DNA of 64,000 bases from Candidatus Parcubacteria bacterium (GTDB lineage Bacteria > Patescibacteriota > Minisyncoccia > UBA6257 > HR35), in assembly GCA_025999335.1 (NCBI GenBank), contig AP024681.1:322565-386564 (forward strand), written 5' to 3'. The notes under the pieces are model-generated. The model did no database searches. It was given only the letters and a program-made list of their open reading frames with translations, and was not told where the DNA came from. Positions 10,208 through 19,477 of this stretch are shown here, piece by piece. The position numbers and the translations under genes were made by a program. Numbering within the stretch: the first letter of the stretch is position 1; the number at the start of each line of letters is the position of its first letter.

Positions 10208-10405
10208 ATGAGAAAAATACTAATAGAAGCATTTACAGACGAAGAAGAAGACACAGGAGAAGAAAGTTGGTTAGAAGAAGAAAATTGGGAAGACGATGAA
10301 TTTGAAGACGAAGGCGGTGAAGACGAAAATGGAGACGAAGGGTTTGAAGAGGAAGATTGGGACGAAGGGGACGAAGAATATGACGGAGAAGAGAGCAATG
10401 AATAA
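10208..10405 (+). CDS. hyperacidic small protein (65 aa)
   Basis: ATG start. By my count 36 of 65 residues are Asp/Glu, with interspersed Trp/Phe/Tyr. A strong terminator follows on the same strand. The antisense Ser-rich ORF is the mirror of the GAA/GAC-rich sequence. Confidence 0.55.
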   Translation: MRKILIEAFTDEEEDTGEESWLEEENWEDDEFEDEGGEDENGDEGFEEEDWDEGDEEYDGEESNE

Positions 10406-10431
10406 TAAATTAATTTAAACAAAGCATTCTT

Positions 10432-10466
10432 AAAGCCTCTTTTGTTTTTAACAAAAGAGGCTTTTT
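10432..10466 (+). terminator. rho-independent terminator
   Basis: Perfect 14-bp stem AAAGCCTCTTTTGT (10432-10445) with ACAAAAGAGGCTTT (10451-10464), a 5-nt loop, and a 3' arm that ends in a T-run. Confidence 0.75.
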
Positions 10467-10499
10467 AAAATATTTTTAAAATTTATATAAAATAAAATT

Positions 10500-10928
10500 A
10501 TGTTAAAAATTACAGTTAAGGATAAGAATAACAAAAAAGTTGTTAGAACAATTTTAAAAATGTTGCCAACAGTAAATATTTTTCTTTTTAATGGCAGATT
10601 AGGAGCCGGCAAGACAACCTTAATTAAGGAAATAGCAAAAAGTTTAAAAATTAAAGAGCCATTAACAAGTCCTACATTTATTTTGTGGCAAAAATATATC
10701 TTTCGTTTTAAAAATAAAACAAGGTTTTTTAATCACTTAGATCTTTATCGGATTTACGCAAGAGATTTAAAAAAAATAAATTTTCTTCCTGAACTTAACG
10801 ACAAAAGAAACTATTTTTTTATTGAATGGGGTTTTAAATTAAAAAAATTTTTAAAAAATAGAAATATCAAATTTCAAGAAATTTTAATTAATAAAACAAA
10901 AAATGGCCGTGTTTTTATAATTAAATAA
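10500..10928 (+). CDS. tsaE: tRNA t6A37 biosynthesis ATPase TsaE
   Basis: 142 aa. Carries GRLGAGKTTL (P-loop), TSPTF and HLDLYRI motifs of TsaE/YjeE. Confidence 0.8.
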   Translation: MLKITVKDKNNKKVVRTILKMLPTVNIFLFNGRLGAGKTTLIKEIAKSLKIKEPLTSPTFILWQKYIFRFKNKTRFFNHLDLYRIYARDLKKINFLPELNDKRNYFFIEWGFKLKKFLKNRNIKFQEILINKTKNGRVFIIK

Positions 10929-10935
10929 CGAAAAA

Positions 10936-13455
10936 ATGAAAGTTGTTATCTTGGATACTAGTATATTAATTTATAAACTTTACCATGCTTTGCCGCGTTT
11001 AGAATATGACTATGGGAAGCCTGTGCAAGTTGTTTATGGTTTAGCTAATATTATTTTAAATCTCGTTAAAGATTTAAAGCCAGATTATTTATTTGCTGCT
11101 TATGACAGACCTGAACCAACAGAAAGACATAAAATTTTTGCTGCATATAAAGCTCAAAGGCCGCCAATGGCTGACGATTTAAAAAGTCAACTACCTTTAA
11201 CAAAAAAACTATTTGCTGCTTTTAATATTCCTATTTTAGAAAAACCAGGTTATGAAGCTGATGACATTATTGCTTCGGTTAAAAAAATTTTTGTAAATAG
11301 CGTTGAGGAAATTATTATTGTTAGTGCTGATTTCGATACTTTACAGTTAGTTGATGAAAAAACAAAGGTTTTTGTATTAAAAAAAGGCATAAGTCAAATA
11401 GATATTTACGATATTAATCGCGTTAAAGAAAAATTCGGCATTTTGCCTCATCAAATCGTTGATTGTAAAACTTTGGTTGGCGATGTTTCTGATAATATTA
11501 TTGGTGTTAAGTCTATAGGACCGAAAACAGCCGCGTCTTTGTTGAATAAATTTGGCTCTTTAGAAAACATTCTTCTTGCTGCAAAGGAAGGACAAATTGA
11601 TAAAAAACTCGCGGAAAAAATTTTAGAAAGAAAAGACGATATTTTATTTTATAAAAGTTTAATAACCCTAAACGATGAAATTAAATTTAGCCAAGAATTA
11701 TTAAAACCATTTTTAGGCTTTAATCAAGCTGAAGTTTTTAAGTTATTTAACGAATTCAAATTTAAAAGCTTATTAAATAGATTAAACGCGGACATTCATC
11801 AAGGCAGTTCCGACAAAGATAGCAATCAATCTTTATCTCTTTTCACTAACCTTGTCAACAGCCAGAAGATTGATCGACAAACCCCGATATTTATTTTTTA
11901 TGATATTCAAGACGGACAGATAAAATTAATAAATAAGGATAATTTTTTAATAATCAACGATCAACAAACCTTACAACAAATATTTTTTTTAGAAGGAGAA
12001 AAATATGCTTTTAACTTAAAAGAGATTTTTAAAACAATTTTTAAAAACGATTTATATTTTGATAAAAAAATAACTTTAGAAAAGATATATGATTTGCAAA
12101 TAATTTTTTGGATGTTGTATAACGAAGTAAATGTTAGTTTGTTTAAAATTTTCAAAGGTAATCCACTCAACCAGTCAGAATTTGTTTTTCAAGTATGCTC
12201 TGATTTAAAACAAAAATTATTTGCAGAGAAATTAGCAGATTTATACTTTTCACTAGACCTACCTCTTGTTCCTATTTTAGCGCGCACTGAGCTAAGAGGT
12301 TTAAAGGTTGATTTAGATGAATTAAAATCTATGAAAAAATTTTTAGAAGCCAAAATTCAATTTTTACGCGAGGAAATTTTTAAATTAAGCGGAGAGAATT
12401 TTAATATCAATTCAACCAAACAATTGCGGGTTATTTTATTTGAAAAGTTAAAAATAAAAACCAAAGGTTTAGGGAAAACTAACAAGGGCTCAATTTCAAC
12501 AAAAGAAGAGGATTTGATTAAAATCATTGAAGCCCACCCAATCATTGCTAAAATAATTGAGTATCGAAAGTTAACAAAACTTCTAACCACTTATACCGAT
12601 TCCCTATTAATCACTTACGATAAAAATAGCGGAAAAATTGTTACTGCCTTTAATCAAATTGGTTCTCGTACAGGCAGGATTATTTCTGAAAAACCAAATT
12701 TACAAAATCTCCCCTTAGACCACAATGAAATTATTAATGTTCGGAAAGTTTTTGTGCCTCATGATGATTTTATTTTTATATCTTCCGATTATTCGCAGTT
12801 AGAATTAAGATTATTAGCACATTTAAGCGAAGATCCGGGCTTAATTTCTGCTTTTCAGCAAAACATAGATATTCACAGCCAAACAGCCAAAATTTTGTTT
12901 GGCGATGATTCGCCTTTAAATCGACGCAAAGCTAAAATTATAAATTTTAGCATTATTTATGGCTCTGGTCCTAAAGGATTAGCTGAAAGATTAAATATTA
13001 GCATTTCTCAAGCAAAAGAAATGATTGATAAATTTTTTTATTTTTATCCACAAGTAAGAAAATATTATAACAATATTATAGAATTTGTTAAAGCTAATGG
13101 CTATGTAGAAAATTTATTTAAAAGAAGAAGACTTATTCCTGAGCTTATGTCTAATTCTTATAAAGAAAAATCTTTAGGAGAAAGAATGGCTATTAATATG
13201 CCGATTCAAAGTTTAGGCGCTGATTTAATAAAAAAAGCCGCTGTTTTAATAGATAAAGATATTTATACAAATAATTGGCAAGATAAGGCTTTTTTTATAA
13301 TGTTTATTCATGATGAAATCGTTTTTGAAGTCCATAAAGACATAAAAGATATTTTTAAAGATATAATAAAAGAAAGAATGGAGAATATAGAAAATCTGTT
13401 AGTTCCATTACCAGTGGTTATTAAAGAAGGATTTAGATTAAGCGATTTAAAATAA
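10936..13455 (+). CDS. polA: DNA polymerase I
   Basis: 839 aa. It has an N-terminal 5'-3' exonuclease domain (GYEADD). Family A polymerase motifs are A (DYSQLELRLLAH), B (RRKAKIINFSIIYG) and C (IHDE). Confidence 0.95.
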   Translation: MKVVILDTSILIYKLYHALPRLEYDYGKPVQVVYGLANIILNLVKDLKPDYLFAAYDRPEPTERHKIFAAYKAQRPPMADDLKSQLPLTKKLFAAFNIPILEKPGYEADDIIASVKKIFVNSVEEIIIVSADFDTLQLVDEKTKVFVLKKGISQIDIYDINRVKEKFGILPHQIVDCKTLVGDVSDNIIGVKSIGPKTAASLLNKFGSLENILLAAKEGQIDKKLAEKILERKDDILFYKSLITLNDEIKFSQELLKPFLGFNQAEVFKLFNEFKFKSLLNRLNADIHQGSSDKDSNQSLSLFTNLVNSQKIDRQTPIFIFYDIQDGQIKLINKDNFLIINDQQTLQQIFFLEGEKYAFNLKEIFKTIFKNDLYFDKKITLEKIYDLQIIFWMLYNEVNVSLFKIFKGNPLNQSEFVFQVCSDLKQKLFAEKLADLYFSLDLPLVPILARTELRGLKVDLDELKSMKKFLEAKIQFLREEIFKLSGENFNINSTKQLRVILFEKLKIKTKGLGKTNKGSISTKEEDLIKIIEAHPIIAKIIEYRKLTKLLTTYTDSLLITYDKNSGKIVTAFNQIGSRTGRIISEKPNLQNLPLDHNEIINVRKVFVPHDDFIFISSDYSQLELRLLAHLSEDPGLISAFQQNIDIHSQTAKILFGDDSPLNRRKAKIINFSIIYGSGPKGLAERLNISISQAKEMIDKFFYFYPQVRKYYNNIIEFVKANGYVENLFKRRRLIPELMSNSYKEKSLGERMAINMPIQSLGADLIKKAAVLIDKDIYTNNWQDKAFFIMFIHDEIVFEVHKDIKDIFKDIIKERMENIENLLVPLPVVIKEGFRLSDLK

Positions 13456-13458
13456 AAA

Positions 13459-14760
13459 ATGTTTGCTTCTTTTTTAAAAATTTTAAAAGAAAAATTGATG
13501 TTTATTGTTGTTAGCTTGTTTGTTGTTGTTTTTTTGTTGTTTTTGTCAACTCTTTTTATTAGCTCATCACAGTTTTCTTTATTAAAGGCATTGATATATA
13601 TAGGATTAATTTTATTTTTAATTAATTTCGGTTTGTTGGCTATCTATTTAAAAATGCCCAAAGAAGAAAAACTTAATTTTTTTTATTTTTTTCAAAAACT
13701 TTTGGATTATTTAAGTGAAAGTATTATTATTTACGATAATAATTTTAAAATTGTTTTTATTAATAAAGCTTTTGAAAAATTTAGTGGCTTATCAAAACAA
13801 GATTTGCTTAATTTAGTTGTAAGCCAGCAAATGATTCAAAATGAAAAATACGAAAAAGTGGCTAATGTTTTTTTTCCTTTTTTGCAGGGGCAAGATTTAA
13901 AAATTATTAGTCAAAACCCGGAAGTAGTTGAAGTGAAATTTTTAAAACCAGAAGAAACATATTTATTAATTAGTTACATAGACATTCAATTAGATAAACC
14001 TTATAAATTAAGAGTTATTCTTGATAGAACTCAAGATGTTATTGAAAGTCACAAAAAAACTGAGTTTGTTCAATTGGTAAGCCATAACTTGTTAACGCCT
14101 TTAAATGAAATCAGGTGGTTATTAGAATCAATTAACAAACAATCATTAAAAGATGATGACAAAAACGCTCTTAATTCGGCTTTGCAGGTTGTTAAAAGTA
14201 CGGTTGTTTTTTCAGAATCAATTTTAACCTTTTTACGTAGTGAAAAGGGCCAATTAAAATTAAATTTGGAAGATGTTAATCTAACAGAATTGTTAATTAA
14301 TATCTTTGATATTTTAAAAGGCAAAATAGAAGAAAAAAAACTAAAACACCAAATAGAAATTAGCGAAGGCGAAGATCATTTAACTTGCGATAAAGGATTA
14401 ATGTTTTCAGCCTTATTTGCTTTAATAGAAAATGCTGTTGTTTATAATAAAGAAGGCGGAACAATTAATATCAGCATTGATAAAAATATTAAAGAGAATG
14501 CTCGGGAGATTAAAATAATAGATTCTGGTATTGGCATGAGCCAGGAAGATTTAAAAAATATTTTTGTTAAATATTACCGCGGTAAACAAGCAAAAAATAT
14601 AGACGTTAAAGGTTTTGGCATAGGTCTTTACAGCGCTAAAGGTATTATTGATTTACATTCAGGCAAAATTTCTATTGAATCTAAAGAAGGACAAGGAACA
14701 ACAGTAACAATTTTAATTCCTCTTGATTTAGCCTGGACAACTAAAATTACTTCGTCATAA
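13459..14760 (+). CDS. membrane sensor histidine kinase
   Basis: Two N-terminal TM helices and a PAS-like segment. H-box SHNLLTPLN, N box ENAVVYN, G boxes DSGIGM and GFGIGL. No adjacent response regulator. Confidence 0.85.
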   Translation: MFASFLKILKEKLMFIVVSLFVVVFLLFLSTLFISSSQFSLLKALIYIGLILFLINFGLLAIYLKMPKEEKLNFFYFFQKLLDYLSESIIIYDNNFKIVFINKAFEKFSGLSKQDLLNLVVSQQMIQNEKYEKVANVFFPFLQGQDLKIISQNPEVVEVKFLKPEETYLLISYIDIQLDKPYKLRVILDRTQDVIESHKKTEFVQLVSHNLLTPLNEIRWLLESINKQSLKDDDKNALNSALQVVKSTVVFSESILTFLRSEKGQLKLNLEDVNLTELLINIFDILKGKIEEKKLKHQIEISEGEDHLTCDKGLMFSALFALIENAVVYNKEGGTINISIDKNIKENAREIKIIDSGIGMSQEDLKNIFVKYYRGKQAKNIDVKGFGIGLYSAKGIIDLHSGKISIESKEGQGTTVTILIPLDLAWTTKITSS

Positions 14761-14782
14761 TTTTGTTTTATAATGTAAACAA

Positions 14783-14859
14783 GGGGGAGTAGCTCCAATT
14801 GGCAGAGCGACGGTCTCCAAAACCGTAGGTTGAAGGTTCGACTCCTTCCTCCCCCGCCA
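14783..14859 (+). tRNA. tRNA-Trp (anticodon CCA), 3' CCA encoded
   Basis: Cloverleaf read by eye. Acceptor GGGGGAG/CTCCCCC, anticodon loop CTCCAAA, T-loop GGTTCGACTCC. Confidence 0.9.
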
Positions 14860-14889
14860 AAACACATATATAATCTTTAAATAAGCAAG

Positions 14890-15462
14890 CTAAAGACCTA
14901 ATTGATTGCTTATTTCTTGCATAGATTGTAAGGCTATAGACATTATCTGTTCTAAATTAAAACCGAGCATTGCTTCACTTTGAAGAATTACTTCTCTGTT
15001 AACACCCCGAGCAAAAGACGGTTCTTTAAATTTTTTTAAGAGACGTTCGATCGTAACTTCATTTAATTTTTTAGAAGGCATTACCAAGGCAACCGCAGTT
15101 ATAAAACCTGTTAACTCTTCACAACAATATAAAGCTTTTTCTAATAAAGTATTATGAACAAAATTATGGCCCGGGTGATGTTTTTTAATAGCTTCTATAA
15201 TCTCATCAGAAAATCCTTCTTTTTTTAAAATTTCCGCAGCAATAAAAGTATGCTTTTCCGGAGTTTCTTTTGTCATTTCCCAATCCAAATCGTGCAACAG
15301 GCCAGCTAAAGCCCAAGTTTCTTCATCTTTTTCTTGGTTTAATTTACGCGCTAAATGTCTCATTAAATTTTCAGCTGCCAAGAGATGTTTTTTTAAATTA
15401 TCATTTTTTATATATTGATCAATTAATTCTAGAGCTTTTTGACGTTGATTTTGTTGATTCAT
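14890..15462 (-). CDS. HD-domain phosphohydrolase
   Basis: 190 aa. Carries H..LLHDLD metal-binding motifs of the HD superfamily. Confidence 0.7.
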   Translation of the reverse strand: MNQQNQRQKALELIDQYIKNDNLKKHLLAAENLMRHLARKLNQEKDEETWALAGLLHDLDWEMTKETPEKHTFIAAEILKKEGFSDEIIEAIKKHHPGHNFVHNTLLEKALYCCEELTGFITAVALVMPSKKLNEVTIERLLKKFKEPSFARGVNREVILQSEAMLGFNLEQIMSIALQSMQEISNQLGL

Positions 15463-15532
15463 TGTTTTATAAAAATTAATTATTTTAATTATATTAAAAA
15501 ATCTTTAATCTTAGATATTAAGAAAATAATGA

Positions 15533-16081
15533 TTAATTTAAATTTTCAAAGTTTGTTGTTGATGTAGAAAGTTGTTGTTGATTTTTAAAATTAATTTTTT
15601 CTAAAAATTTTTTTGAAATATATAAGGGAACAATTCCTAAATTTAAATATTTTTTTTGAATATAAACAGGCAGGTATTTAAAATCTCGAATACGTTTACG
15701 ACAATTATTGCTTCCACAGTTACAATTCATTTCCCAATCGTCTTCGTCCATTGTTGTAGAATAATCCCAAGTGATTTCTTCGTTTTTCTTTATCTCTTTT
15801 ATGGCAATTAAAAAAACTTTTTTACCGTTTATTTTTACTCCGGAATTTGGATCGCAAGAATGATTCAAAAAATCATCAATATCGCCTGATGGTCCTATGT
15901 ATAAATTTTCGCCTATTTGCATATAGCGATCTTCGGTTTTATTGTAAGGTGTTGGCAATTCTTCGCTGGTATATAAATCCCCGCGAAATTCAAGAATAAA
16001 TTCATTTTTTTTAAAATCTTTGTTTGCGAAAACGCCTTTACCGTTTTGTGTCTTTCTAACAATCAAATTTTTACTCCCCAT
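15533..16081 (-). CDS. SET-domain protein (putative protein lysine methyltransferase)
   Basis: 182 aa. Carries NHSCDPN, EEITWDY and the post-SET cysteine cluster CNCGSNNCRKRI. Confidence 0.8.
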   Translation of the reverse strand: MGSKNLIVRKTQNGKGVFANKDFKKNEFILEFRGDLYTSEELPTPYNKTEDRYMQIGENLYIGPSGDIDDFLNHSCDPNSGVKINGKKVFLIAIKEIKKNEEITWDYSTTMDEDDWEMNCNCGSNNCRKRIRDFKYLPVYIQKKYLNLGIVPLYISKKFLEKINFKNQQQLSTSTTNFENLN

Positions 16082-16174
16082 TGCAATTTTAATAATTTTT
16101 TGCTGCTATCTTTTAATTTTTAATAATTGTTAGTTGTTTTTTAAATTATAACAATAAATAAACTTTTGTAACTG

Positions 16175-17014
16175 TTATTTTGATTCGTTGATGCCTTGTT
16201 CTTTGTAAATTTCGTCTATGAATTTATTAAAACTTGCATTTTGTTTAGCTAATTTTTTATATAATTCAATCGCTCTTTGAATATTAATTTCACGCCCTTC
16301 AGTAATGCCGGCAATTTTTTGATAATATGCCACTCGTCTAAACCAGTTTGCAACATCAAGGATAAGGGAAAATTGTTCATTGCTTATTTGTTCTATTTTT
16401 ATTAATTCTTGGTAATCATTATCTAAAGAAAATCGCTCTTTATTAAGAACAAGAGCTATATATTTTTCAAGAAATGACTTGCCCTTGTTTTCTGCTTCCA
16501 TATACTGATATGCAAATTCTTGACTTGGGGGTTGTTTTTGAAGTAGACGTTGGTAGGCGTCGGCAGTTAACTCTTTATTAATGCCGGCGCCATGATGAAA
16601 AAGCATAAAAATCGACCTAGCGACTTCTTTGGCTTGGGGATGTAATTTAAAATACAATTGCAATGTTTCTAATGCTTGATTTTGAATGTCCCGTTCTTTG
16701 CCAAGACTAATTTCTGACCAAGGAAGATTTATTGCCAGCTGATCCATTGTAAAACCATATTGACCCATTAATTTATCGCGTTCTTCTTGAGAAATGGTTT
16801 CGTCTTCTGTTTTAGCAAGAATCTTTTCTGCTTGTTTTTTTAATTGTTCAACAAGCTCAAATTGACGCTGTTCAATTCTTTTTTTATTTTCTTTTGATGC
16901 GCTTTTAAAATACTTTTCTTGTAATTTCCTTAGTTCTTGCAAGATATCATCTAAACTTTCCCCGGATTTTGGTTGAGATTTGCGCATATCAAAGTTTAGT
17001 TGTTCAAAAGGCAT
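16175..17014 (-). CDS. hypothetical helical protein
   Basis: 279-aa ORF with ATG start and charged, coiled-coil-like composition. Same strand and upstream of the SET gene. No family recognised. Confidence 0.6.
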   Translation of the reverse strand: MPFEQLNFDMRKSQPKSGESLDDILQELRKLQEKYFKSASKENKKRIEQRQFELVEQLKKQAEKILAKTEDETISQEERDKLMGQYGFTMDQLAINLPWSEISLGKERDIQNQALETLQLYFKLHPQAKEVARSIFMLFHHGAGINKELTADAYQRLLQKQPPSQEFAYQYMEAENKGKSFLEKYIALVLNKERFSLDNDYQELIKIEQISNEQFSLILDVANWFRRVAYYQKIAGITEGREINIQRAIELYKKLAKQNASFNKFIDEIYKEQGINESK

Positions 17015-17058
17015 AAATTTTAGCAGTAATTATATATTATAATTTTCTATTTATAAGT

Positions 17059-17143
17059 TGGCGGTGGGGGTGGGATTCGAACCCACAAGGCTGTGAAGCC
17101 ACCGGTTTTCGAGACCAGCGCATTGCCGTTCTGCCACCCCACC
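17059..17143 (-). tRNA. tRNA-Ser (anticodon CGA), long variable arm, CCA encoded
   Basis: The reverse complement gives acceptor GGTGGGG/CCCCACC, anticodon loop CTCGAAA, variable arm TGGCTTCACAGCC and T-loop GGTTCGAATCC. Confidence 0.85.
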
Positions 17144-17156
17144 TTTGTTTTAATTA

Positions 17157-17229
17157 TGCCGACGGTGGGATTCGAACCCACGGCCTAGCGCTTATGAGAC
17201 GCTCGCTCTAACCCCTGAGCTACGTCGGC
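17157..17229 (-). tRNA. tRNA with anticodon CAT (elongator Met, or possibly Ile2)
   Basis: The reverse complement is GCCGACG TA GCTC AGGGGTTA GAGC .. CTCATAA .. GTGGG TTCGAAT CCCAC CGTCGGC A. A G1-C72 pair is present, so it is not an initiator. Confidence 0.85.
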
Positions 17230-17344
17230 TTTTTACTACTATTATAGCATAGACGTTATCGTAGTAACAAAAATTAATTATTCAAAGTTTACTTCATTTA
17301 AGGCAATGACAGGGAATTTATATTTATGATAAAATATACCTATA

Positions 17345-19465
17345 ATGCTTAAAAAAGAGTTTATCAAAAATAATTCAGTTTACAATCCTTTACTTTTTGA
17401 AGATCGTATTTATAAAATATGGTTTAAAGATTTGGCTTCTAAGAAATTAACTCAAAGCAAAGGTAAAAATTTTGTTATTTTAATAGCTCCGCCAAACATT
17501 ACTGGAACGCTTCATATGGGGCACTCTTTGCAAAATATTATTTTAGATATTTTAGCTCGCTACAAAAGAATGAAAGGTTTTAATGTTGTCTGGATGCCGG
17601 GCACTGATCATGCTGGAATTGCTACGCAAAATGTTGTTGAGAAGGAATTAAAAAAAGAAGGTTTAACGCGTTTTGATATAGGTCGCGAAGCTTTTGTCAA
17701 AAGAGCTTGGGAATGGCGCAATAAATACGGTTTTACCATTTTAAAACAATTTGAAAAATTAGGCCTAACCCTTACTTGGTCTAAAGTAAAATTTACCTTG
17801 GATAAGCCTTATGTTGAGCAGGTAGAAAAAGCTTTTCTCGAATATTTTAAGAAAGGATTTATTTATAGAGAATTAAGGCCAATTAATTTTTGTGTTCGTT
17901 GTCAAACCCCATTGTCTGATTTAGAAACAAAATATAAAGAACAAAATGGTAAGTTGTATTATGTAAAATATTTTTTAAAAAATAGTAATAATTATGTTTT
18001 GGTAGCAACAACAAGGCCTGAGACAATGCTTGGCGATACTGCTTTAGCTATTAATCCTAAAGATAGCCGTTACTTAGATCTTATAGGCAAAACAGCTATT
18101 ATTCCTTTAATTAACAGAGATATTCCTATAATTGCTGATTTGTTAGTCGACCCAGGCTTCGGCACTGGTGTTTTAAAGGTAACACCAGCGCACGATTTAA
18201 AAGATTACGAAATAAGCTTAAAACATGGTTTGAAAATCTTAACAGTTATTGACATGAACGCTAAAATGAATGAAAATGCTTTTGACTTTCAGGGTTTAGA
18301 TTATTTAACAGCTAGGAATTTAATTGTTAATAAATTGGAACAACTTAATTTACTTGAAAAAATAGAAGAAATAAAACATAATGTGCCTTTTTGTGATCGT
18401 TGTGGCACAGAATTGCAAATATTACCTTCGAAAGAATGGTTTTTGAAAATGAATTATTTAGCAACTTTAGCTTACAAAGCTGTTAAAAGCAAAGAGGTTG
18501 TGATTACTCCTAAAAGATTTAAAAAATTATATTTTAATTGGTTGAAAGAGATACGAGATTGGTGCATTTCAAGAAAATTATGGTGGGGGCAACAATTACC
18601 TGTTTGGTATTGCAGTCGTAATAACGATAATTATATTGTTAGCTTAACCAAACCTAAAGTTAAATGTTCTTTATGTAAAAAAAATTGCTGGCTGCGAAGC
18701 GAAGAAGTATTTGATACTTGGTTTTCGTCAGCGCTTTGGCCCTTCGCTATTTTATATACAAAACAGGAAAAAAAATATTATCCTGCGGATATTGTTGCTT
18801 CGGCGCGCGATATTATTAATCTTTGGATCGGACGAATGATTTTTTCAGGTAAATTTTTTAAAGGCAAAATTCCCTTTAAAACAGTTTATATTCACCCTAC
18901 AGTTTTGACAAAAGAAGGCAAAAGGATGTCAAAAAGTTTAGGCACAGGCATTGATCCAGTTGAATTAATTAATCGCTACGGATCTGATGCTTTACGTTTT
19001 GGATTGATTTGGCAATTATCTGGTCATCAAGATATGCGTTTTGACGAAAGATATGTTGAGCAAGGCAAAAAATTTTTAAACAAAATTTGGAACGCCTATC
19101 GTTTTTATTATTTAAATGTTAAGAAGGTAGAAAAAGTTGAGGTTTTGCCGTCAACAATTAAATTCTACTCTTATGACAAAAAAATTTTAAGTTCATTAGA
19201 AAAAACCAAAGCTTTTATTGAGAAAAAAATTAATACTTTTGAAGTTAATGCTGCCTTGAAAAAAGCTTATGATTTTTTTTGGCATGAATTATGCGATATT
19301 TATTTAGAGCAATGGAAAAAAAGACATAACAAAGACGATCGAATATTAAATTTTGTTATGTTTCAAACTTTAAAAATTCTTCATCCTTTTGTGCCTCATT
19401 TAACGCAACTTATATTTTATTCATTTTACAAAGATAAAAAAGCTTTGTTTTATGAAAAATATTAA
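17345..19465 (+). CDS. valS: valyl-tRNA synthetase (short form)
   Basis: PPNITGTLHMGH (HIGH), TTRPETMLGDTA and KRMSKS motifs. At 706 aa it ends right after the anticodon-binding domain. Confidence 0.9.
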   Translation: MLKKEFIKNNSVYNPLLFEDRIYKIWFKDLASKKLTQSKGKNFVILIAPPNITGTLHMGHSLQNIILDILARYKRMKGFNVVWMPGTDHAGIATQNVVEKELKKEGLTRFDIGREAFVKRAWEWRNKYGFTILKQFEKLGLTLTWSKVKFTLDKPYVEQVEKAFLEYFKKGFIYRELRPINFCVRCQTPLSDLETKYKEQNGKLYYVKYFLKNSNNYVLVATTRPETMLGDTALAINPKDSRYLDLIGKTAIIPLINRDIPIIADLLVDPGFGTGVLKVTPAHDLKDYEISLKHGLKILTVIDMNAKMNENAFDFQGLDYLTARNLIVNKLEQLNLLEKIEEIKHNVPFCDRCGTELQILPSKEWFLKMNYLATLAYKAVKSKEVVITPKRFKKLYFNWLKEIRDWCISRKLWWGQQLPVWYCSRNNDNYIVSLTKPKVKCSLCKKNCWLRSEEVFDTWFSSALWPFAILYTKQEKKYYPADIVASARDIINLWIGRMIFSGKFFKGKIPFKTVYIHPTVLTKEGKRMSKSLGTGIDPVELINRYGSDALRFGLIWQLSGHQDMRFDERYVEQGKKFLNKIWNAYRFYYLNVKKVEKVEVLPSTIKFYSYDKKILSSLEKTKAFIEKKINTFEVNAALKKAYDFFWHELCDIYLEQWKKRHNKDDRILNFVMFQTLKILHPFVPHLTQLIFYSFYKDKKALFYEKY

Positions 19466-19477
19466 TAATTAAAAATT

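Noticed and set aside
10201-10422. 73-aa Ser-rich ORF on the minus strand
   Set aside because: It is the mirror image of the GAA/GAG/GAC-rich acidic ORF. The plus-strand ORF has an ATG start and a same-strand terminator at 10432-10466. The Ser-run is a compositional artefact.
14628-14867. 79-aa minus-strand ORF
   Set aside because: It spans tRNA-Trp in antisense and the 3' end of the histidine kinase gene. It is an artefact.
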